From an uncultured virus (IMG/VR IMGVR_UViG_3300019373_000295) (taxonomy: Duplodnaviria; Heunggongvirae; Uroviricota; Caudoviricetes): a stretch of 64,000 nt of DNA. The notes under the pieces were generated by a model. That model had not been told where the DNA came from. It searched no databases and saw only the letters and a program-made list of their open reading frames with translations. A program made the translations under genes and the position numbers. Each line of letters starts with the position of its first letter. Within the stretch, counting starts at the first letter, position 1. The stretch lies in the IMG/VR virus record IMGVR_UViG_3300019373_000295. One strand, written 5' to 3'. This document shows positions 53,986-63,512 of this stretch, piece by piece.

Positions 53986-54081
53986 AGTTTTCACCTCCGT
54001 GGTCTGCGGCGTAACCGAATTGTCGCCGCTTTGCCGTCCTTCTGTCGTCAAATGACAGAAGATCATACAGTCTGTATATTG

Positions 54082-55452
54082 TTACAATCTTGCCTTGACT
54101 GCGGCGATCAGTTTCTCCTGTGTTACATCCTTATTGGCGAGAGCAGCAAGCACATCTTCATCGACAGTGTCTTTTGTTACGATATGATGGATCGTGACAG
54201 TGTGCTGCTGTCCTTGTCTCCAAAGGCGGGCATTTGTTTGCTGATACAGTTCCAGACTCCATGTCAGCCCGAACCATATCATAATGTGACCGCCGGACTG
54301 AATATTCAGTCCGTGTCCTGCCGAAGCCGGATGTATGAGAGCAACAGCAATCTTTCCGGCGTTCCAGTCAGTGATGTCAGATGAATCCTTGATATCCCTC
54401 GGAGCATAGCCACAAGCGGTCAGATGCTCCATGATACGGGTGCGGTCATGCTTGAACCAGTATCCGATCAGCACAGGCTGTCCGTTTGCCGCTTCGATCA
54501 GGTCTTCCAGCATCTCCAGCTTTCGGCTGTGAATGGTACGCACTTCCTTGTTTTCGTCATAGACAGCACCGTTCGCCATCTGAAGCAGCTTATTACTAAG
54601 GCTCGCAGCATTGGCGGCATCAATATCTCCGTCTTCAAGCGGAATGATAAGGTCGTGTTTCAACTGATCATAAAGCTTTCGCTCCACCGCATTCATCTCG
54701 ACCTCATGGTTGACATACACGCACTCCGGCATATCCAAGTAGTCAAGGGCTTTCATGGAAATTGTAATATCCGAGATTTTCTGATATATCTGCTCTTCTG
54801 CACCGGGACGGGGTGTATATGAGAATACCACACCCGTACTCGGATTCATGCTGCCGGGCTTGAAGTAGCTTTCACGGAATCTGCCGATAAACCGCCCGAG
54901 CCGTTCGCCACCGTCAAGGATGCCGATCTCCGCCCATAAGTCCATGAGACCGTTTGAAGTCGGCGTTCCTGTCAGGCCGACCCAGCGTTTCACGAAAGGG
55001 CGCACCTTCCGCAGCCATTTGAAACGCTGTGACTGATAGTTCTTGAAGGAACTCAGCTCGTCAATGACGATCATGTCAAAATCCCAGCGCAGGCCGTTTT
55101 TCTCGTAATACTCCACGAGCCATTTCACATTCTCACGATTCACGATGTAAATAAAAGCATTATGATTGACTGCTGCGGTACGCTCCTTGACGCTGCCGAC
55201 AATGACAGATATTTCAAGATTCTGCAAATGATCCCACTTTTTCACTTCGGCAGGCCATGTGTCACGGGCTACTCTAAGGGGTGCGATCACAAGCACTTTG
55301 TTCACTTTTAGCTCGTCAAACATCAGGGCGTTGAGGGCTGTCAGCGTGATGATCGTCTTGCCGAGTCCCATGTCCAGGAATAATGCCGAAACAGGATGCT
55401 CCCGGATATATTCGATGCAGTATTTCTGGTAATCGTGCGGTGTATATTTCAT
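54082..55452 (-). CDS. SNF2-family helicase
   Basis: DMGLGKT, IDELS, GLTGTP, GHGLNIQ, QQTNARLWRQGQ. Confidence 0.93.
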   Translation of the reverse strand: MKYTPHDYQKYCIEYIREHPVSALFLDMGLGKTIITLTALNALMFDELKVNKVLVIAPLRVARDTWPAEVKKWDHLQNLEISVIVGSVKERTAAVNHNAFIYIVNRENVKWLVEYYEKNGLRWDFDMIVIDELSSFKNYQSQRFKWLRKVRPFVKRWVGLTGTPTSNGLMDLWAEIGILDGGERLGRFIGRFRESYFKPGSMNPSTGVVFSYTPRPGAEEQIYQKISDITISMKALDYLDMPECVYVNHEVEMNAVERKLYDQLKHDLIIPLEDGDIDAANAASLSNKLLQMANGAVYDENKEVRTIHSRKLEMLEDLIEAANGQPVLIGYWFKHDRTRIMEHLTACGYAPRDIKDSSDITDWNAGKIAVALIHPASAGHGLNIQSGGHIMIWFGLTWSLELYQQTNARLWRQGQQHTVTIHHIVTKDTVDEDVLAALANKDVTQEKLIAAVKARL

Positions 55453-55889
55453 CCGGTATCATCCTCCTCCAATTCATAGAATCCTGCCAGCTCATCGGGA
55501 TTGATCGGTTCAAGCGTTTCACCGAAATCATCCATTTCAGACGGAAGCATTGTGACTTCCAGATCAGGTATCTTTGCTCCAATACCCTCCGGAAACGGTT
55601 CACCGGGCTTCCATGCCAATATTGCATCAATGCACGGTTTGATCTGATGTAGCTTGTCAATGCAGAGAACCGGAAAGCCCAGTTTCATCAGCTGATACCG
55701 TCTTTTTCTCTGCAGTGGGCGCATCATCTTGCCCGGAGCTTTCAGCTCGACAAACACTGTCTTTGCAGGAAAGAACAGAACGAGTCTGTCCGGCAGCCCG
55801 TTCGCTGTCTGCGATGTCAGCTTATATGCCACACCGCCGGCTGCCTTGACTGCCTTGACAAACTCGTTCTCAACAACATATTCTCTCAA
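55449..55889 (-). CDS. VRR-NUC domain nuclease
   Basis: GLPDRLV..FVELKAPG..LQ; probable TTG start. Confidence 0.88.
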   Translation of the reverse strand: MREYVVENEFVKAVKAAGGVAYKLTSQTANGLPDRLVLFFPAKTVFVELKAPGKMMRPLQRKRRYQLMKLGFPVLCIDKLHQIKPCIDAILAWKPGEPFPEGIGAKIPDLEVTMLPSEMDDFGETLEPINPDELAGFYELEEDDTG

Positions 55890-56119
55890 TATCTGCCGTC
55901 CTTCCAGTATTCGCACCAACCGGACGGGAACGGCGTATGACAGCAGTTTCCATAGAAGCGGCAGTTCTCACAGCACTGGTCGTCTACATACAGTTCCTCG
56001 TCACTGTGGTCGTAATCGTCATAGCCGCCGCGGGTGTAATTACAGATCTCCGGCACAGGATATCCGCGGCGTTTTCTGCGTGTTTTATATCCTTTTCTGT
56101 CTTTCCATGTTCTGCTCAT
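55886..56119 (-). CDS. Small Cys-rich hypothetical protein
   Basis: Coupled to neighbours; CENCRFY..C..WCEYW. Confidence 0.65.
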   Translation of the reverse strand: MSRTWKDRKGYKTRRKRRGYPVPEICNYTRGGYDDYDHSDEELYVDDQCCENCRFYGNCCHTPFPSGWCEYWKDGRY

Positions 56120-57165
56120 GCGTTGATCTCCTTCCACTGTGTTTTCGGCATGGTTGCCACTTGCCAGCCGATGCCTTCCAGCGCAGTGGCTCTGTCGTAG
56201 GACTCTACATCCTGCGAAGCCCGCGTGATGGCATTGCTCAGACCATAGAGGGAGAGATCGCCGCCCTTGATGAGATAGTTCAGAATGCTGTCCTGTTCCG
56301 GCTGATTGAGGTCATATGCCTTGCCGGTCAGCTCGATGACATCCTGAACTCTGCCGGTGATCTTTGCACCGTGACTCTGCTCCAATACACCGACGATCTG
56401 AGAAAACCTTGCTTCTTCGATTGCAGCAAGCGTTGTGTCACGGAGCTTCAGCATAAAGGCATGATCTTCTGCTTCGAGCGTTTCATCTGTATAGATATTG
56501 AAGCTGTCTTCCAGCGCCTTCGCAGCTCTGCCCACATGGGTACGGCGTTCGCCCATACTGTTGACCACCATGCCGTTGGTGCAGGCAAGCGTATAGACAA
56601 GGGGCTGCACGGAAACAGCGCCGAGCCCGACCTCGGAATTGGAAATGATAACACCTGCCTGAACTCTGTCTCCGACACAAGCCATTTCAAGGCGATGATT
56701 GACGATCTTCAGATACAGCTTGTTCTCGGTAACCTCGCAGCTCATGACCTCCATGCCGTCCCACCCTGCAAACAGTGGCAGCACCGCCGATGCGATCTCC
56801 AAGTTATCGATACGGCGATAGCGGTCAGATAATAAAGCTCTTGCGACCTGTCCGCTACCATAGTCAAGCGTTCTGACCATGTAGCTGTTGTCCTTGTCGG
56901 AGAACCATGCGTTCACGTTATCTGCCAGAAGCTCCGGCTTCTGTTTCTGCATCATATCATAATATCTCGCGGGGATACCGAGTGCCGATGCCACCTGACG
57001 ATGGAAAAGCTGTGTTGTGCCGAAGCTGTGATCATCCCCGATGCGGAATGTGCTGCCGTCCTCGTCCAGACGGAATGCCTCCGCCGCACCGATATAGTCC
57101 TGCTTTGCCGCATTCTGACGCTGAAGCTCTGTCAGCACCTCCGGTAATGCTCGTCCCTGTTTCAT
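56116..57165 (-). CDS. DUF932-like protein
   Basis: RALLSDRYRRIDN..NSEVG.G..L.CTNGM. Confidence 0.8.
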   Translation of the reverse strand: MKQGRALPEVLTELQRQNAAKQDYIGAAEAFRLDEDGSTFRIGDDHSFGTTQLFHRQVASALGIPARYYDMMQKQKPELLADNVNAWFSDKDNSYMVRTLDYGSGQVARALLSDRYRRIDNLEIASAVLPLFAGWDGMEVMSCEVTENKLYLKIVNHRLEMACVGDRVQAGVIISNSEVGLGAVSVQPLVYTLACTNGMVVNSMGERRTHVGRAAKALEDSFNIYTDETLEAEDHAFMLKLRDTTLAAIEEARFSQIVGVLEQSHGAKITGRVQDVIELTGKAYDLNQPEQDSILNYLIKGGDLSLYGLSNAITRASQDVESYDRATALEGIGWQVATMPKTQWKEINA

Positions 57166-57177
57166 AGAAAAATCCTC

Positions 57178-59133
57178 CTAGTCTTTGAAATAATAATTGC
57201 CTGTATATCCGGCAGAGGACAGCGGAAGGCCGTCCGCCCATGCAGGATTTCGGTTCATGATATTGCACACATCATCGACAGTGTATTGTCCTTTCGGCAC
57301 TTCGAGAATGACTTCATCGTGTACATGGCCGACAATGCCGAGCCCTGTAAGCTCCATGCGCCGCATTGCCTCGGCAAGCAGGTCACGGGCGGTCGCCTGT
57401 GTGATGTTCTCTGTCAGCTTCCCGCTGTAGGTCTCGCCGCGTGTCCATTTGTTGTTTGCGCCGAGCCCTTCAAAGGTCAGTGCCATGCGCCCGAAGCGGT
57501 TCGGCTGCAGCTTTGGTTTGATGTAGGCAAGCCTGCGACCTGACGGCAGCACGATCCACAGTGTATTTGCAGAGAACTGAAAACCGATCCTGCCAACTGT
57601 TCTGTCCGTATGGTCCTTTACTGTTTCGATTGCCGCTTTTTCCACGGCATACCAGAACTTTACGATCTCCGGATTTGCATCGCGCCAGCTTGAAATGATG
57701 TCGGGCAGTTCATCCTCTTTCAGTCCCATATCCAGTGCGCCCATAGAGATCAGCGCACCGGCACCGCCACCGTAACCGCAGGCCAGTTCTGCGACCTTGC
57801 CTTTCTGCCGCAGTTCACCGTTGATACCGTGCTTCACGACCGGAACGCCGAACATCTGCGAAGCGGAAGCACAGTAGATATCTTCACCGCGCTGAAATGC
57901 ATCCAACCGCCATTGCTCTCCGGCAAGCCATGCCAGCACACGAGCCTCGATAGCTGAGAAGTCTGCAACGATAAACTCACAGCCTTCTTTCGGGATCAGC
58001 ATCGTGCGGATAAGCTGTGACAGGATATCCGGCGTATTGCCGTACAATGCTTCGATCATATCAAAACAACCCATTTTGACCAGTTCTCTTGCCTCATCAA
58101 GCGTAGAGATGTGGTTCTGCGGAAGATTCTGCAATTGGATCCCGCGTCCTGCCCAGCGCTGTGTACGGTTCGCACCGGAGAACTGAAACAGTCCGTGCGC
58201 TCTGCCGTCCTGACAGATGTATCTCTCTGCCGCCTGATACTTTTTCACAGAGGACTTTGCCATCTGCAAACGCAGCTTCATCATATCCAGAGCCTCGCCG
58301 TCAGCACTATGTTTGTCAAGGTCTGTGATAAGAGAAGCGACATTCTTTTTACCGAGGGAATCGACCTCAATGCCGCGCTCCTCCAGCCAGCCCTTCAGCT
58401 GAGATACAGAATTCGGATTTTCAAGTCCTGTGAGAGCATAGGCACGTTTGGTCATTTCTTCGGACATCGCCATATTGCAGATGATCGCCTGCTGTACCAG
58501 TTCCTTGTCGATCAGGATACCGCGGTCATTGATCCGCTGATCCATGTGGTAGTAGTCCCATTCCTGCGGGAGCAGGGGGAACTTTTCAAGCCTGCGGCGG
58601 ATATCCCGCTCGGTCTCCACGTCCTGTATGCAGTAGCTTTTGAACAGCTTCCAGTCCTCTGGGGCGTGCTCAGGCAGATTCCTTGTTCTGCCGCCGTTTG
58701 CTTTGGTGGGCTTACAGGGCAGAGAGAAATAACGAATAAGTCGCTCACCGACGGCGTCCTTCTGCTGTGCAGTTTTCAGTGCCTGTGCAGCCGTTGCCAG
58801 CTTCAGCGGCAGGGACAGCGATGCCGCCCAGACCATCGTGCATTGCCACGCATCCGTGGAAAGCCTAATGCCGAGATATTTTGACAGGCAGGTGCGCTCA
58901 AACTGTGCGTTCCATGCCGATTTGATAATACTGTCATCCTGCAGCGCATCCATAATCTCTGCCGGAAGCTGCTCCCCGCAGGCCATATCCACGCATTTTG
59001 TCTCTTCGTCGTCAAAGGCGTATGCGAACAGTAGGATATGGAAATCTCCCTCGACATAGCGGTACACACCGCAGTTCGGGAGGTCAACATCCGAATAGGT
59101 TTCAAGGTCGATGGAAAGTACACGTCTGCTCAA
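57178..59133 (-). CDS. Phage family A DNA polymerase
   Basis: IDLETYS exonuclease; DFSAIEARV, RQKGKVAELACGYG, HVHDE. Confidence 0.95.
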   Translation of the reverse strand: MSRRVLSIDLETYSDVDLPNCGVYRYVEGDFHILLFAYAFDDEETKCVDMACGEQLPAEIMDALQDDSIIKSAWNAQFERTCLSKYLGIRLSTDAWQCTMVWAASLSLPLKLATAAQALKTAQQKDAVGERLIRYFSLPCKPTKANGGRTRNLPEHAPEDWKLFKSYCIQDVETERDIRRRLEKFPLLPQEWDYYHMDQRINDRGILIDKELVQQAIICNMAMSEEMTKRAYALTGLENPNSVSQLKGWLEERGIEVDSLGKKNVASLITDLDKHSADGEALDMMKLRLQMAKSSVKKYQAAERYICQDGRAHGLFQFSGANRTQRWAGRGIQLQNLPQNHISTLDEARELVKMGCFDMIEALYGNTPDILSQLIRTMLIPKEGCEFIVADFSAIEARVLAWLAGEQWRLDAFQRGEDIYCASASQMFGVPVVKHGINGELRQKGKVAELACGYGGGAGALISMGALDMGLKEDELPDIISSWRDANPEIVKFWYAVEKAAIETVKDHTDRTVGRIGFQFSANTLWIVLPSGRRLAYIKPKLQPNRFGRMALTFEGLGANNKWTRGETYSGKLTENITQATARDLLAEAMRRMELTGLGIVGHVHDEVILEVPKGQYTVDDVCNIMNRNPAWADGLPLSSAGYTGNYYFKD

Positions 59134-59162
59134 TAATGATCACCACCTTTGTGTATGTAAAA

Positions 59163-59180
59163 GGGAGGACGCGCCTCCCT
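59163..59180 (-). terminator. Hairpin after SSB gene
   Basis: GGGAGG-cgcgt-CCTCCC-TTTT. Confidence 0.6.
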
Positions 59181-59184
59181 TATC

Positions 59185-59766
59185 TTAGTTCAGAAAATCC
59201 ATATCGTCATCGTCAAGCTCATCGGCATCGTCGCCCTCGACCTCCACAAAGTCGGATGCCGCCGTCGGTCTGCCGGCAAGACGTTCACCGTGACGGACAA
59301 GCTGAATGTTCTGGAGTCCTGCCGCAATACCCTTGTTGCCGGAAGCAGCAAAGCCGTAGAAGTTGACAGACACATTGCAGTAGTCGCCGCTGCCGCATTC
59401 CATCGGGTCGAGGATGGGCTGCACATGGCGGTCGACGATCTGCGGCGCGTCCTTGCTGGTCGCATTGAAGAAGAAATGACCTGCATAGTTCTCATCGTCG
59501 GGACGGTCGATATCGCCGTCGTGCATGGGCAGCTTAAGGTTTGCGGGGATCTTTCCGCTCCACTTCTTCTCCTTGGCAGCTTCCTTCGCTGCTTCGATCG
59601 CCTTCTTGATCTTAGCAAGGGTCGCCTTGTCATCCTTCGGAATGAGCAGGGAGACGGAATACTTCTCATCGCTGCCGTTGATGCTCTTGGGCTCCCAGAT
59701 GTTTGCAAAAGAGATGCGGCAGGGCACGATGACCTTCGTTGCGGGTGCTGTATTGTTTTTAGCCAT
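59185..59766 (-). CDS. DUF2815 / T7 gp2.5-like ssDNA-binding protein
   Basis: KYSVSLLIPK.D..GNKGIAAGL.NIQ..GE.L; acidic tail. Confidence 0.88.
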   Translation of the reverse strand: MAKNNTAPATKVIVPCRISFANIWEPKSINGSDEKYSVSLLIPKDDKATLAKIKKAIEAAKEAAKEKKWSGKIPANLKLPMHDGDIDRPDDENYAGHFFFNATSKDAPQIVDRHVQPILDPMECGSGDYCNVSVNFYGFAASGNKGIAAGLQNIQLVRHGERLAGRPTAASDFVEVEGDDADELDDDDMDFLN

Positions 59767-59792
59767 TATTTTATCCTCCTGAAAATGTAGTT

Positions 59793-61043
59793 TTATTTCT
59801 CGTCAGGCAGTACTGAAAACTCCTGATCCGGAGTGGATGTGAGATCGACCGGCTCTCTTGGGTCACTTTCCGGTACGAGAGCCGGTTTTCCGGGCGGCTT
59901 GGCGACATATTCACCGAGCAGCTCATTGAACTTTTTCTTGCCCATCATCTTTTCAAATTCCGTCAGCGTGATGAGCGTCTGCTTGTAAAGGTCGGTGTAG
60001 CCGTTCTGCACAGCAGTATCGACCACCGCCTTGGTGTCCGTGAAAACACGTTTACTTCTGCCTTCGACCACCTTATAGCCGGGAATGGGTACGCCGTGAT
60101 TGATCGCCTCGGAGGAGACGAATGCAAATACCGCCTCTATCCACGAGGATATCCTGTTCAGCGTCGGCAGTATCTCCGCCAGTTCTGCTATAGGGATCAG
60201 GCCCGGCTGCTTGAATACGGCTGTATTTGTATCCGCTTCATAGGGCGCGGTCATATCAGATTCCTCTGCGGTATCATCAAAAGCCCCAGCATCAAGGTCG
60301 AGGAAATCCTCCCGGCAGAGCGCCAGTGCTTCATCGGCACAGGCTTTGCATACCGGCTTTGCACGGCAGAAGCGGCACCAGTCACCCGGGTGCTGTTCGC
60401 CCTTTCCCTCGAAAGCAAGCAGAGCGGTCGGTTTGATGCTCTCGCCCCAGTCCTCAAGTTCCTGCCTGCTGCATTCAAATGTGCTGATATTATCAAGACG
60501 GGGCTGGATGATGCTCATACGAACGATTTCGATATCATACAAAAAGCCGTAAGCGGCTAAAGCCCCAATCGCGTACAGCATCATCTGGCTGTTGTGGCCT
60601 GCGTCCACGAACACGCCCTTGCCCGTCTTGAAATCACATACATGAAGCAGACCTCTGCCATCAGCATCCTTGCCGATGATAAGCATATCCGCGGTGCCGA
60701 AGCCGGAGGGTGCGATATGACTGTAATCGACACGCTCTTCTACAAAAGCAAGAGGTTCACAGTCATTTTCCCGCATCTGCTCAATGATGGAAATGACGAA
60801 TTCGGCATACACGTCGGTAATCTGCTCAATTTCCTCAGTGTCGAACTCCTCGGACTGCGGGCGTTTCACGCGCTCATGCAGATACTTTCGAACCTTGTAC
60901 TCACAGATCTCATGGGCGAATGTACCTTCTTCGGCATAGACAGAGCTTTCATTCGGAAAGCTCTCCTGCAGGCGAACGGAAGGCGGACAGTGCAGCCACT
61001 GCTTGGAACTGGATGCGCTCAGAAGCGCGTGTACATCCGGCAT
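59793..61043 (-). CDS. DUF2800 PD-(D/E)XK (Cas4-like) exonuclease
   Basis: HALLSASS..W..CP, GFGTAD..DFKTG, Q..LYA, WCRFC..C. Confidence 0.88.
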   Translation of the reverse strand: MPDVHALLSASSSKQWLHCPPSVRLQESFPNESSVYAEEGTFAHEICEYKVRKYLHERVKRPQSEEFDTEEIEQITDVYAEFVISIIEQMRENDCEPLAFVEERVDYSHIAPSGFGTADMLIIGKDADGRGLLHVCDFKTGKGVFVDAGHNSQMMLYAIGALAAYGFLYDIEIVRMSIIQPRLDNISTFECSRQELEDWGESIKPTALLAFEGKGEQHPGDWCRFCRAKPVCKACADEALALCREDFLDLDAGAFDDTAEESDMTAPYEADTNTAVFKQPGLIPIAELAEILPTLNRISSWIEAVFAFVSSEAINHGVPIPGYKVVEGRSKRVFTDTKAVVDTAVQNGYTDLYKQTLITLTEFEKMMGKKKFNELLGEYVAKPPGKPALVPESDPREPVDLTSTPDQEFSVLPDEK

Positions 61044-61057
61044 CCGATCACCTCCGG

Positions 61058-61537
61058 TCAGAGCTGGGACACATCGGTGAGAAATGCCTCGTACTTGTCC
61101 TGCGGAATATCGCTGACCTTCGCTGCACCATACGATTTCAGCAGGGCGAGAACCTTGTCCTTGTTGGCTCTGTTCTGCTTGATCTTGCCGGTCACAACCT
61201 TAATAAGGTCATCGGCGGTCAGCTCCGATGCAGGCTCCTGTTTCTTTGCAGGGGCTTTCTTTTTCGGCTGCTCTTTCGGCTTTTCCTCCGGCTCGGTGTC
61301 CCACGGCAGATCATCAGCGGAAAGGATCTCTTCAAATTCATCCGGGTTGATAGTCTCCGGAGCTGTCTCCTTCGGCACACCGTTGATGGCCATATCTGCA
61401 AGCTGCTGTGCCATGCCCGGCTCCATTGAATTCAGAAGCTGGATAACACCGCCGAAGATCGTGCCGAGCCCGTCGATCAGCTTCTTTGCGTCTACCGGGA
61501 TAGGCTCCGGCAGCTTGTTCTTTTTAGTCTCCGTCAT
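61058..61537 (-). CDS. Phage replication-module hypothetical protein
   Basis: C-terminal LLKSYGAAKVSDIP..KY; usual partner upstream of DUF2800. Confidence 0.75.
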   Translation of the reverse strand: MTETKKNKLPEPIPVDAKKLIDGLGTIFGGVIQLLNSMEPGMAQQLADMAINGVPKETAPETINPDEFEEILSADDLPWDTEPEEKPKEQPKKKAPAKKQEPASELTADDLIKVVTGKIKQNRANKDKVLALLKSYGAAKVSDIPQDKYEAFLTDVSQL

Positions 61538-61880
61538 AGATCAGTCCCTCCTCGTCATCATCATTTTCAGGCATCTTCGCGATGACACCGCTGTCCCTGC
61601 GGAGCTTCTTCCTAAAATCGTCCGGGTAGCGGATCTCGAAGAAGACGCCCTCGTCATCAATTTTCAGGCGGAACACACCGACATCCAGTTCCATATTCGG
61701 GAGCATAGCCGATGCCATCGACATGAAGCGGAACATATCTGTTGCGGTCTGTGCGATGTCTCCGGCACGCTTGTCCATTGCCGTTTCAAGCAGCTTCAGG
61801 GCATCCGGTTTACCTGCGGACTTGCCGGGATCGGGTGCGGCACCGCCGTTGTAGCGGTTCTTCGGGGTTTTGTTTTCCAT
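61524..61880 (-). CDS. Hypothetical protein
   Basis: 118 aa, AAGGA RBS, first gene after 38-bp element. Confidence 0.6.
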   Translation of the reverse strand: MENKTPKNRYNGGAAPDPGKSAGKPDALKLLETAMDKRAGDIAQTATDMFRFMSMASAMLPNMELDVGVFRLKIDDEGVFFEIRYPDDFRKKLRRDSGVIAKMPENDDDEEGLIYDGD

Positions 61881-61941
61881 ATACTTTTCCTTTCTGTGCG
61901 GCCTTGCGGCCAATGTATTATCGTGAGGAGCATCATGGCCT

Positions 61942-61979
61942 CTCATATACTGTCGTGGGAGAAGCGATTTGTAAGGGGT
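61942..61979 (-). promoter_or_regulatory. 38-bp element (copy 2), candidate phage-sigma promoter of replication operon
   Basis: Immediately after sigma stop codon; 37/38 identical to 49397-49434. Confidence 0.7.
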
Positions 61980-61980
61980 C

Positions 61981-62685
61981 TCAGAAAAATTTTTTTGCCT
62001 TTGCCAGTGCATAACGCAGTCTCTCGTTGACCGACATCTTTGCGATGCCCAGCATTTCGGCGATCTCATCCTGTGTCATGCAGTCACGGTAGTACAGGAT
62101 AAACACCTCGCGCTGCTTCTCTGTCATATCCGCAAGCATCTCTTCTCTGGTCTCACGGCGCTCCACAGCATCCTGCGGATTCTCGCCAATGCGTCCGTCG
62201 TACCAGTTGAAGGCTCTACGGAAAGGGTCTGCCACTGCCAGTTCCATATCGCCGTCCTTATCCCCGTTGTCGGCGCTGTCATAATCTGTAGTATCCTTGC
62301 GGCTGCCGGTGCGGTTCATGCTGTTTGCCTCAATGCGGTGGTCGCCAATCAACGTCACTGCAAGGATCCACGGCTGTGTGGCGAGAAAGCCGTCCGGCAG
62401 TTCGTAGGACTCTCTGAAGCTTTCCTTTTCTGAATCCCTCAGCTTATTAAAATAGAAAGTGAAGTTTTTGCAGTACGGCAGCCACACAACGGTGCGTCCG
62501 GTGATATTCTGGTAGATTGCAAAGCCGTTGCTGAACAGTGTGCAGTCGTTTGTTTCTGCAATCGGTTCACCGGCGGTCTCAAACAGCTCTTTCGGGGTAG
62601 GTGTCTTGCCGGACTTTTCAGCAAGATTGAGAATGGTGAGCAGTTCTCCGAGGGTAGTTCTATCTGTTACAGTGATCGTATTCAT
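61981..62685 (-). CDS. Sigma-70 region-4 (ECF-like) phage sigma factor/activator
   Basis: MTEKQREVFILYY..MTQDEIAEMLGI..SV.ERL..A. Confidence 0.85.
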   Translation of the reverse strand: MNTITVTDRTTLGELLTILNLAEKSGKTPTPKELFETAGEPIAETNDCTLFSNGFAIYQNITGRTVVWLPYCKNFTFYFNKLRDSEKESFRESYELPDGFLATQPWILAVTLIGDHRIEANSMNRTGSRKDTTDYDSADNGDKDGDMELAVADPFRRAFNWYDGRIGENPQDAVERRETREEMLADMTEKQREVFILYYRDCMTQDEIAEMLGIAKMSVNERLRYALAKAKKFF

Positions 62686-63290
62686 AGTCGTTCCTTTCTG
62701 CAAGGAACGCACTCGCGGCAAATGCTCCTACTGCGTAAAAGGCACGCAGGCAGACGATGTCCACACGGAAATTCTTTCATGATACCTGTTTCGGTCAATA
62801 CTGACCGCAGGCATGATTTTCCGTTATGAGCATCTGTCCGCCAATGCGCGCCTTGACTAACAAATGTGATTTTTCTATGCTTCGGCATAAAAATAGCCGG
62901 ATGCATACAGAGGGAGAACATACAGCTTGATCTGCCGTCCACAGGGTATAGCTATGGCCTAGAGACTTTTGCTGTATGAACGCCCGCCTACCGTATGCAT
63001 CCGGCAGCGAGGTGTTCAGCAAGGTATTCATTCGGCAACCTCCGAAAAAGTTGCACAAATCCGCTTTCCGGAACTTGACATAGCGGTAACCATTGTGGAT
63101 CCGCTTTCAAGCCGGTTCCCGGAAATCATCGAATCTATGACGTTTCCGATGAACGCCCTGCTCTATTGTGTTCGGGAGTTTGTCCCCCCTACAATTATAG
63201 TTTAACATATATTTTCCGGCCTGTAAGCCAATCAACGGGGTTGCCGAATAAAACGGCGATTCTGCGTGCTTTTTTGAAAATCATCGAAAA

Positions 63291-63311
63291 GTGTCCATGT
63301 CAGGTGGACAC
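63291..63311. promoter_or_regulatory. Palindromic candidate repressor operator
   Basis: GTGTCCA-N7-TGGACAC. Confidence 0.45.
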
Positions 63312-63470
63312 ATTCATTGCGAAAATGCCGATTTTACGTCAGTGATATTTCTGTTGTATTTTTATTCTGACAACCAAACAGGTTGCAGAATCGTGCAATA
63401 AAATTTTCAAATCGTCATTTTGCACAATGGAAACGATCCGTTTTTCCGCATCTCAACCGCAGAAGGGCAT

Positions 63471-63502
63471 AAAAAAGACCAGCGGTCATATAACCGCCGG
63501 TC
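63471..63502 (-). terminator. Intrinsic terminator
   Basis: GACCGGCGGT-tatatg-ACCGCTGGTC-TTTTTT. Confidence 0.7.
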
Positions 63503-63512
63503 ATCATTATTA

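Noticed and set aside
59793..61043. Cas4-like nuclease as evidence of a CRISPR system
   Set aside because: It sits in the standard DUF2800-SSB-PolA replication module.
60594..62030. 478-aa plus-strand ORF, and similar long antisense ORFs at 55729-56832, 53461-54384, 51494-52471 and 47234-48127
   Set aside because: They overlap well-supported minus-strand genes; typical shadows of GC-biased codon usage.
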